Part shown: positions 56,862 through 64,000 of the stretch, one piece after another
How positions within the stretch are numbered: the stretch's first letter is position 1
Layout of the letters: the number at the start of each line of letters is the position of its first letter
Origin: Alphaproteobacteria bacterium
Lineage (GTDB): Bacteria > Pseudomonadota > Alphaproteobacteria > UBA828
DNA length: 64,000 nucleotides
Reading direction: 5' to 3'
Assembly: GCA_965220745.1 (NCBI GenBank)
Contig: CBDCQT010000010.1
Location: forward strand, 448,001-512,000
Position numbers and translations under genes: made by a program
Notes under the pieces: model-generated
What the model was told of the DNA's origin: nothing
Database searches by the model: none
Seen by the model: only the letters and a program-made list of their open reading frames with translations

Positions 56862-57668
56862 ATGCGTTACGACGACGGCGACGAGGCTCCCCTCCAACAG
56901 AAGGCGTACCGCGCGGTGCGGCTCTGGCGGAGCGACCTTCGTGCCGCCCTGCTCTTCCTCACACGGGTGCCGTTGAAGGCGGCACGACCAGAGGGCGACG
57001 CGCGGTCCCTCGGGCGCGCGGTCCGCGCCTTCCCCATCGTGGGCGCGCTGATCGGGCTCGTCGCGGGGATCGTCTATGCGATCGCCGCTGGCATCGGCCT
57101 GCCCGACATCGTGGCGGCGGTGCTCGCCGTCGGCGCCGGCGCGCTCATCACCGGCGCGCTGCACGAGGACGGCCTCGCCGACATGGCGGACGGCTTCGGT
57201 GGCGGCAGCACGCGGGAGCGCAAGCTCGCGATCATGCGGGACAGCCGCATCGGCGCCTACGGCGTGATCGTGCTGGTGGTGGTGCTGGCGGCCAAGGTGG
57301 GCGTCATCGCCGACCTGGAGGAGATCGGCCTCGTGATCGCCTCGATGGTTGCCGCTGCCGGCGTCTCGCGCGCGGCGATGCCCGCGGTCATGCTCTGGCT
57401 GGACCCGGCACGGGACGACGGCCTCGCCGCCGATGCCGGCCGTCCGCCCTCGACCCACGTGTGGACCGGCCTCGCCATGGCGGCGGTGCTCGCCGTCGGC
57501 CTCCTGACCTGGAGCGGCCTCGTCGCCTTCCTCATCGCGGGCATCGGCACCGCCGCAGTCGCCTGGCTTGCGGAACGGCAGGTCAGCGGCCACACTGGCG
57601 ACGTTCTCGGCGGCGTCCAGCAGTTCTCCGAAGTCCTGTTCCTACTCACGCTTGCGGCGGTTCGATGA
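56862..57668 (+). CDS. cobS: Adenosylcobinamide-GDP ribazoletransferase (cobalamin synthase)
   Basis: FLTRVP, TGALHEDGLADMADG, IMRDSRIGAYG, GHTGDVLG. Start 56829 is also possible. Confidence 0.93.
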   Translation: MRYDDGDEAPLQQKAYRAVRLWRSDLRAALLFLTRVPLKAARPEGDARSLGRAVRAFPIVGALIGLVAGIVYAIAAGIGLPDIVAAVLAVGAGALITGALHEDGLADMADGFGGGSTRERKLAIMRDSRIGAYGVIVLVVVLAAKVGVIADLEEIGLVIASMVAAAGVSRAAMPAVMLWLDPARDDGLAADAGRPPSTHVWTGLAMAAVLAVGLLTWSGLVAFLIAGIGTAAVAWLAERQVSGHTGDVLGGVQQFSEVLFLLTLAAVR

Positions 57669-58297
57669 CCACCACGACAACTGTGACCCGGTGGTGGTGG
57701 GTGCGCCACGCACCCGTCACCGACCACGGCGGCCGGCTCTACGGCCGCACCAACGTGCCCGCCAACACCAGCGAGCGGCCGCGTTTCGAAGGGTTGGCCC
57801 GTGCGCTGCCGCAGGATGCCGTGTGGCTCACCAGCAACCTGCTGCGCACCCACCAGACCGCCGATGCGATTGCCGAGGCGGGCCACGCGGTGCCCGAGCG
57901 GGTCATCGAGGCGGACCTGGACGAGCAGGATTTCGGCGCCTGGCATGGCCTCACCTGGAGCGAGGTCGCCTCCGAGCGGGGCAGCAGCCTCGCCCACAAG
58001 TACTGGGTCGCGCCTGCGCACATCACGCCGCCGGAGGGCGAGAGCTTCGTCCAGGTCGTCGAGCGCGTCACCGCCGCGGTCGAGCGCAGCACGACGCAGC
58101 ACGCCGGCCGGGACATCGTGGCCGTGGCCCACGGCGGCTCGATCCGCGCGGCGCTTGCGCTGGCGCTCGGCCTCGATGCGGAGCGCGCGCTCGCCTTCAG
58201 CATCGACAATCTCTCGATCACTCGCATCGACCACGTAGACGGCCCCGCCAGGGGCCAGGCTTGGCGCGTGGCCGCCGTCAACCTGCCGCCGGATTAG
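57665..58297 (+). CDS. Histidine phosphatase family protein (CobC-like by context)
   Basis: RHAP, EQDFGAWHG, PEGES, VAHGGSIR; ATGA-coupled to cobS. Confidence 0.85.
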   Translation: MTTTTTVTRWWWVRHAPVTDHGGRLYGRTNVPANTSERPRFEGLARALPQDAVWLTSNLLRTHQTADAIAEAGHAVPERVIEADLDEQDFGAWHGLTWSEVASERGSSLAHKYWVAPAHITPPEGESFVQVVERVTAAVERSTTQHAGRDIVAVAHGGSIRAALALALGLDAERALAFSIDNLSITRIDHVDGPARGQAWRVAAVNLPPD

Positions 58298-58360
58298 AGC
58301 GCGTCCGACTTTGACGGTCGCGCGGCTGCGCAGGGCGGGCGGAGCGCGTAGACTCGCGCC

Positions 58361-59683
58361 ATGACACCCCAGGACGCGCCGAGCCTGTTCGAGAACGCAG
58401 CGCCGAGGCCGCTGGCCGACCGGCTGCGGCCGCGCACGCTCGACGAAGTGGTGGGTCAGGACCATCTGCTTCGCCCCGACGGCCCGCTCGGGCGGATGGT
58501 GGCGAGCGGCGCACTGGCGTCGACCGTCCTCTGGGGGCCGCCGGGCTGCGGCAAGACCACCATCGCGCGCCTGCTCGCCGATCACACGGACATGCTGTTC
58601 GCGCCGCTGAGCGCGGTCTTCTCCGGCGTCGCCGAGCTGCGCAAGGTGTTCGCCGATGCGCGCGAGCACCGCGCCGGCGGCACCGGCACCCTGCTCTTCG
58701 TCGACGAGATTCACCGCTTCAACCGGGCACAGCAGGACGCGTTCCTGCCCGTGGTCGAGGACGGGACGGTCGTGCTGGTGGGCGCCACCACCGAGAACCC
58801 TTCCTTCGAGCTCAATGGCGCCCTGCTCTCGCGTTGCGCGGTGCTGGTGCTCAACCGGCTGGACGACGGCGCGCTGGAAACGTTGCTGACCCGCTGCGAG
58901 GAAGCCGAGGGCCGCACGCTGCCACTCGAGCCCGACGCCCGCCCCATGCTGCGCGCCATGGCCGACGGCGACGGCCGCGCGCTGATCAACATGGCCGAGG
59001 CCCTGTTCGCGGCTGGCGCCACCGTGCCGCTCGACGTGCCGCAGCTGATGGAGACCGTGCAGCGCCGCGCGCCCCTCTACGACAAGTCGCAGGAGGGCCA
59101 CTACAACCTGATTTCGGCGCTGCACAAGTCGCTGCGGGGCTCGGACACCGACGCGGCGCTCTATTGGCTCGCGCGCATGCTCGCCGGCGGCGAGGACCCG
59201 CGCTACATCGCGCGGCGCCTGGTGCGCTTCGCGGTCGAGGACGTGGGGCTCGCCGACCCGGACGCGCTGCCCCAGGCGCTCGCCGGCTGGGAGGCCTACG
59301 AGCGGCTGGGCTCGCCGGAAGGCGAGCTCGCCATCGCCCAGACCGTGATCTATCTCGGCACCGCCGCGAAATCGAACGCGAGCTACCGCGCCCTCGGCCG
59401 GGCCATGCAGTCCGCGCGCGAGACCGGCTCGCTGATGCCGCCCAAGCACATCCTCAACGCGCCGACGCGACTGATGAAGGACCTCGGCTATAGCGAGGGC
59501 TACGTCTACGACCACGACACCGAGGAGGGTTTCTCGGGCCAGAATTACTTCCCCGAAGAGATGCCGCGCCGCAGTTTCTACGCGCCGCGGGCGCGCGGCT
59601 TCGAGCGGGAGGTGCGGAAGCGCCTCGCCTACTGGCAGAAGCTGCGCGAAGGCGGCGACGCCGGGCCGGAGGACGAGGCGTGA
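58361..59683 (+). CDS. rarA: Replication-associated recombination protein A
   Basis: PLADRLRP, WGPPGCGKTT, FVDEIHRFN, GATTENPSF, ISALHKSLRGSD, GSPEGE. Confidence 0.96.
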   Translation: MTPQDAPSLFENAAPRPLADRLRPRTLDEVVGQDHLLRPDGPLGRMVASGALASTVLWGPPGCGKTTIARLLADHTDMLFAPLSAVFSGVAELRKVFADAREHRAGGTGTLLFVDEIHRFNRAQQDAFLPVVEDGTVVLVGATTENPSFELNGALLSRCAVLVLNRLDDGALETLLTRCEEAEGRTLPLEPDARPMLRAMADGDGRALINMAEALFAAGATVPLDVPQLMETVQRRAPLYDKSQEGHYNLISALHKSLRGSDTDAALYWLARMLAGGEDPRYIARRLVRFAVEDVGLADPDALPQALAGWEAYERLGSPEGELAIAQTVIYLGTAAKSNASYRALGRAMQSARETGSLMPPKHILNAPTRLMKDLGYSEGYVYDHDTEEGFSGQNYFPEEMPRRSFYAPRARGFEREVRKRLAYWQKLREGGDAGPEDEA

Positions 59684-60069
59684 AGGTCGCACTCGCCATC
59701 GCGCTGGGCGGTGCATTGGGCTCGGTCGGGCGCTACTACGTCATGGGTGCGGCCGAGCGCTGGCTCACCTCGCTGATCGGCGCGGGCTTCCCCTACGGCA
59801 CGCTCACCGTGAACGTTGTGGGCTCCTTCATCCTGGGCGCGCTGGTGCACGGCCTCGCGGTCGCATTCGATGCGGGCGAGGTGGTGCAGCGTTTCCTCTT
59901 CGTGGGCCTGCTCGGCGGCTTCACCACCTTCTCCGCCTTCTCGGCGGACAGCATCGCGCTGCTGGAGCGGGGCGAGGTCGGCCGGGCGCTGCTCTACATC
60001 GTGCTCTCGGTGGTGCTTTCGGTCGGCGGGTTCTACTGCGGGCTTAGGCTGATCCGCGCGGTGCTCTGA
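59680..60069 (+). CDS. crcB: Fluoride channel Fluc/CrcB
   Basis: GGALGSVGRY, FPYGTLTVN, GLLGGFTTFSAF. Confidence 0.95.
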   Translation: MKVALAIALGGALGSVGRYYVMGAAERWLTSLIGAGFPYGTLTVNVVGSFILGALVHGLAVAFDAGEVVQRFLFVGLLGGFTTFSAFSADSIALLERGEVGRALLYIVLSVVLSVGGFYCGLRLIRAVL

Positions 60070-60071
60070 CC

Positions 60072-61067
60072 GTGAGCGGCGTCGCCACCCTGGAGATCGC
60101 GCCGGAGGACGGCGACCAGCGGCTCGACCGCTGGTTCAAGCGGCACTACCCCGCCCTCGGCCACGGCCGGCTGGAGAAGCTGCTGCGCACGGGCCAGATC
60201 CGCGTCAACGGCAAGCGCGCCCGCGCCGGCACGCGCCTTGCGCCCGGCGACCGGGTCCGCGTGCCGCCGCTGCCCGATCGGGACGAGGGCCGGGCGCCAC
60301 GTCGCGCCCCGCCGCCGCCGGCAGACGAAGACGCCGCCATGATGCGGGCGGCGGTCATCTACCGCGACGACGACCTGATCGCGCTCAACAAGCCGCCGGG
60401 CCTGCCGGTGCAGGGTGGGAGCCGCGTCGCCCGCCACCTCGACGGGCTGCTCGGCGCGCTCCGCTTCGATGCGGCGGAATCGCCCCGCCTGGTTCACCGG
60501 CTCGACCGCGACACCAGCGGGGTCCTGCTGCTCGCCCGCCACACCGCAGCGGCCCGCGACCTGACCAAGCTGTTCCGCTCGCGCAGCCTGCGCAAGCTTT
60601 ACTGGGCGCTGGTGGTCGGCGTGCCGAGACCTGCGCAGGGGCGGATCGACGCGCCCCTCGCCAAGCGTCAGGTGAGCGCAGGTGAGCGGGTGGTCGCGAC
60701 CGCCGAGGGCGGCCAGCGCGCGATAACGGACTACGCGCTGATCGAGAGCGCCGGGCGGCGCCTCTCCTGGCTCGCGCTGATGCCGCGCACGGGCCGCACC
60801 CATCAGCTTCGGGCGCACACCGCCTCGGTCTTCGGCCATCCCGTGGTGGGCGACGGCAAGTACGGCGGCGAGGCGGCGTTCCCGGCCGGCTTCGAGCCGC
60901 GCCTGCACCTCCACGCCCGCGCGCTGGAGCTGCCGCGGCCCGGCAACAAGCTGCCGCTGGTCCTCACCGCGCCACTGCCGCCGCACATGGCCGCCGCGTG
61001 GCGCTTCCTCGGCTTCGATGTTTCGCCCGCCGGCGACGATTTCGCGCCCTTCGAGGACGCGCCGTGA
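60072..61067 (+). CDS. RluA-family pseudouridine synthase with S4 domain (RluC-like)
   Basis: QRLDRW, NKPPGL, VHRLDRDTSG, TGRTHQLR, GDGKYG, LHLHA. Confidence 0.92.
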   Translation: MSGVATLEIAPEDGDQRLDRWFKRHYPALGHGRLEKLLRTGQIRVNGKRARAGTRLAPGDRVRVPPLPDRDEGRAPRRAPPPPADEDAAMMRAAVIYRDDDLIALNKPPGLPVQGGSRVARHLDGLLGALRFDAAESPRLVHRLDRDTSGVLLLARHTAAARDLTKLFRSRSLRKLYWALVVGVPRPAQGRIDAPLAKRQVSAGERVVATAEGGQRAITDYALIESAGRRLSWLALMPRTGRTHQLRAHTASVFGHPVVGDGKYGGEAAFPAGFEPRLHLHARALELPRPGNKLPLVLTAPLPPHMAAAWRFLGFDVSPAGDDFAPFEDAP

Positions 61068-61774
61068 ACGCCGCCAAGCCGAAGCGCTTCTACAAGACGG
61101 CGGAGGCAGTGGAGGCCGACGGCGGGCACGGCATCGCGCTCGACGGCAAGCCCGTGCGCACCCCGGCAAGCAGGCCGCTCGCGGTATCCGGCGCAGCGCT
61201 CGCGAATGCCGTCGCCGACGAATGGGCGGCGCAGGGCGAGACCATCGACCGCGAGACCATGCCGCTCACCCGCCTCGTCTGCACCGCGCTGGACCTTGTG
61301 CCGGAGCGGCGGGCCGACATCGTGGCCGAGACCGCAGTTTACGCCGAAACCGACCTCGTCTGCTACCGGACCGACGCGCCGCCGGCGCTCGCCCGCCGCC
61401 AGACCGCCGCTTGGGAGCCCTTGGTGACGTGGGCGGCCGAGCGTTACGGCGCCCGCCTCGCGGTCACGACGTCAATCACGCCCCTCGCCCAGGCGCCGGA
61501 GGCGCTCGAAGCCCTGCGGGAAGCGGTGGCGACGGAGGACGATTTCGCTCTCGCCGGCCTGAGCATGACGACGAGAGCCTTCGGCTCGCTGGTGATCGCG
61601 CTCGCCATGCGGGACGGCCGGCTCGATGCGCGGGCCGCCGCCGATGCCTCGCTTATCGACGAGCGCTATCAGCTGGAGCGCTGGGGCGAAGACGCGGAGC
61701 TCGCCGCCCGCTGCGCCCGCGTCGCTCGCGACGCCACAGACGCCGAACGCCTGTTTCGCTTGCTCGCCACGTGA
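61064..61774 (+). CDS. ATP12-family chaperone
   Basis: KRFYK, LDGKPVRTP, MPLTRL, TDLVCYR, GSLVIAL, WGED; GTGA overlap. Confidence 0.9.
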   Translation: MNAAKPKRFYKTAEAVEADGGHGIALDGKPVRTPASRPLAVSGAALANAVADEWAAQGETIDRETMPLTRLVCTALDLVPERRADIVAETAVYAETDLVCYRTDAPPALARRQTAAWEPLVTWAAERYGARLAVTTSITPLAQAPEALEALREAVATEDDFALAGLSMTTRAFGSLVIALAMRDGRLDARAAADASLIDERYQLERWGEDAELAARCARVARDATDAERLFRLLAT

Positions 61775-61879
61775 CCGCGCGCCTCAGATGGCGGTGATGC
61801 TTGCATCCGGCAGGCCCTGCGGATAGGGTGACGCGCCGCCGGGCCAAGGCCGGGCCGGCTCACACGAGGAGTGCGACCT

Positions 61880-62281
61880 ATGGCACGCGTGACGGTCGAA
61901 GATTGCGTTGGCTTGGTGCCGAACCGGTTCGAGCTGGTGCTGCTCGCCGCACAGCGCGCCCGCGACATTCGTTCCGGCGCGGAGCTCACGGTCGAGAAGG
62001 ACAACGACAAGAACGCCGTCATCGCCCTCCGCGAGATCGCCGACGAGACGATCGATCTTGAGACGCTCCGCCATGAGTTGGAGCACGGGCGCGAGGTAGA
62101 CACCGAGATCGACGAGCCGGACGAGGATGCCATGGCGGTACTGGCGGCCGAGGCTGCCTGGGCCGGCGTAACCGGCCAGTCCGCGCCCGTCGAGGAGGAG
62201 GTTGGGGCGCCCGACAGCGAGGACGAGCCGGCAGAAGAGCCGGCGGTCGAGGCGGAAACGGCGGCGGAACTGGAGGAGTAG
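61880..62281 (+). CDS. rpoZ: RNA polymerase omega subunit
   Basis: MARVTVEDC...[14 protein letters not shown]...[11 protein letters not shown] with acidic tail. Confidence 0.96.
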   Translation: MARVTVEDCVGLVPNRFELVLLAAQRARDIRSGAELTVEKDNDKNAVIALREIADETIDLETLRHELEHGREVDTEIDEPDEDAMAVLAAEAAWAGVTGQSAPVEEEVGAPDSEDEPAEEPAVEAETAAELEE

Positions 62282-62366
62282 CGCCGGCCGGCGGCGCATC
62301 GGGCGCGGCAGGGTCGCCGCCCTCACTGAGGATTTCCGCCGGCGCCGGCCTGGCGCGTCAGCGGAC

Positions 62367-64000
62367 GTGATCCGGCAATACGAACTCGTCGAACGCGTCA
62401 AGAGCTACGAGCCCTCAGCGGACGAAGCTCTGCTGAACCGCGCCTACGTCTTTTCCATGAAGGCGCACGGGACACAGACCCGCGCCAGCGGCGACCCCTA
62501 TTTCGCCCATCCGATCGAGGTCGCCGGCATCCTGACCCAGCTCAAGCTGGACAGCACCTCGATCGCGACCGCCTTGCTCCACGACACCGTGGAGGACACG
62601 GTCGCCACCATCGAGGAAATCAGCGACCTCTTCGGCGAGGAGACCGCCCGGCTCGTCGACGGCGTGACCAAGCTGAGCCGGCTGGATCTGCAGTCGGACC
62701 AGGCGCATCAGGCGGAGAACTTGCGCAAGTTCCTGCTCGCGCTGTCGGAGGACATCCGCGTCCTCCTGGTCAAGCTCGCCGATCGGCTCCACAACATGCG
62801 CACGCTGCACTATGTGCCGAGTGACAAGAAGCGGCAGCGGATCGCCAGGGAGACCATGGAGATCTACGCGCCGCTCGCGGAACGGATCGGGCTCCAGGCC
62901 TTCAAGGCGGAGCTGGAAGATCTCGCCTTCAAGGAGCTCAACTCCGACGGCTTCCACACCATGGAGACACGGCTCAAGGCGCTCCGCGACCAGGCCGGCG
63001 GCATGGTGGAGCGGGTTACCGAATCCCTCACCGAGACGCTCCGAAGCAAGCGACTGCGGGCGACCGTCACGGGCCGTGAGAAACGGCCCTACTCCATCTG
63101 GCAAAAAATGCAGCGCAAGAAGCTCGCCTTCGAGCAGCTCACCGACATCGTGGGCTTTCGCGTCGTCACCGAAGACGAGGAGGACTGCTACCGGGCGCTC
63201 GGCATCGTGCACCGCGCCTATCCGATGGTGCCGGGCCGCTTCAAGGACTACATCTCGACCCCCAAGCCCAACGGGTACCGCTCGCTCCACACCGCGGTGC
63301 TCGGTCCCGAGCAGCGGCGCATCGAGATCCAGATCCGCACCCGCGACATGCACGAGGAGGCCGAGTACGGCGTCGCTGCCCATTGGTTGTTCAAGCAAGC
63401 GGGGGACGTTCACGACGACCGTCAACAGCGCTGGCTTCGCCCGCTACTCGAGATCCTCGACAAGGCCTCGGGGCCGGAGGAGCTGCTCGAGCACGCCAAG
63501 CTCGAGATGTTTCGGGACGAGGTGTTCTGCTTCTCGCCCCGGGGAGCGCTGATCACGCTCCCGCGTGGAGCGACGCCGGTCGATTTCGCCTATGCGGTGC
63601 ACACCGATGTGGGCGACACCACGGTCGGCGCCAAGGTCAACGGGCGCATGGTGCCGCTCTGGACTCAGTTGGAGAACGGCGATCAGGTGGAAATTCTGCG
63701 CTCCAGCGTGCCGCAACCGCAGCCCAACTGGGAAAGCTTTGTCGTGACTGGCAAGGCGCGAACCTGCATCCGCCGCTTCACCCGGCTCAAGGAGCGGGAG
63801 CAGTTCATCACCCTCGGCCGGGCCGTCGCCGAGAAACTCTGTCGAGAGGCCGGCGCGGACTATTCCGAGAAGCTGCTGGAGGACGCTCTCTCGCAGCTCA
63901 AGCAGCGCTCTGTGGGCGACCTGTTGGCGGCTCTCGGGCGCGGTGACCTCACCAGCGGCGAGGTGGAGGACGCGCTCTTCCCCGCCCGCAGGCTCCAGGG
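62367..64000 (+). CDS. spoT: Bifunctional (p)ppGpp synthetase/hydrolase, truncated by the window edge and absent from the ORF track
   Basis: Manual translation from GTG 62367: MIRQYELVERVKSY...RASGDPYFAHP...LLHDTVEDT...VKLADRLHNMRT...KDYISTPKPNGYRSLHT...TPVDFAYAVHT (TGS). Confidence 0.95.
   Translation, partial: MIRQYELVERVKSYEPSADEALLNRAYVFSMKAHGTQTRASGDPYFAHPIEVAGILTQLKLDSTSIATALLHDTVEDTVATIEEISDLFGEETARLVDGVTKLSRLDLQSDQAHQAENLRKFLLALSEDIRVLLVKLADRLHNMRTLHYVPSDKKRQRIARETMEIYAPLAERIGLQAFKAELEDLAFKELNSDGFHTMETRLKALRDQAGGMVERVTESLTETLRSKRLRATVTGREKRPYSIWQKMQRKKLAFEQLTDIVGFRVVTEDEEDCYRALGIVHRAYPMVPGRFKDYISTPKPNGYRSLHTAVLGPEQRRIEIQIRTRDMHEEAEYGVAAHWLFKQAGDVHDDRQQRWLRPLLEILDKASGPEELLEHAKLEMFRDEVFCFSPRGALITLPRGATPVDFAYAVHTDVGDTTVGAKVNGRMVPLWTQLENGDQVEILRSSVPQPQPNWESFVVTGKARTCIRRFTRLKEREQFITLGRAVAEKLCREAGADYSEKLLEDALSQLKQRSVGDLLAALGRGDLTSGEVEDALFPARRLQ

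Noticed and set aside
57257-59716. 819-aa minus-strand ORF and similar long antisense ORFs (e.g. 14587-16119, 23938-25500, 40608-42344, 44502-46142)
   Set aside because: Shadow frames opposite well-supported genes, expected in high-GC DNA; no recognisable motifs.

Overview
High-GC bacterial chromosome segment, most consistent with an alphaproteobacterium (lpxI in the lpx operon, crcB-RluA-ATP12 and rpoZ-spoT order). 0.3-17.5 kb is housekeeping: nfu, usp, TIGR02186-like/TauE pair, trpS, murJ, glnD, then rseP-bamA-skp-lpxD-fabZ-lpxA-lpxI-lpxB. A lone AT-richer Schlafen/AlbA_2 gene sits at 18.5-19.7 kb. An amine/amide catabolic neighbourhood spans 20.9-55.7 kb: class IV aminotransferase, racemase-fold enzyme, GGT, amidase, an N-methylglutamate-type cluster, GntR, a polyamine-type ABC importer, a MetR-like LysR, MttB-family methyltransferase and N,N-dimethylformamidase subunits. 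It is followed by cobT/cobS/cobC-like, rarA, crcB, RluA-family, ATP12, rpoZ and a partial relA/spoT. The catabolic region is split by a ~10.3 kb nested accessory insert (26584-36876) bracketed by two diverged copies of one gene's 3' end. The insert holds two tandem genes for predicted Cache-domain autotransporters. The second is interrupted by a 4529-bp IS1595-family element with an 8-bp target duplication, 21-bp imperfect TIRs and many passenger ORFs. The element also shows TIR-embedded inward promoter motifs and two structured non-coding segments. All calls come from manual motif reading; no database search or folding program was run.
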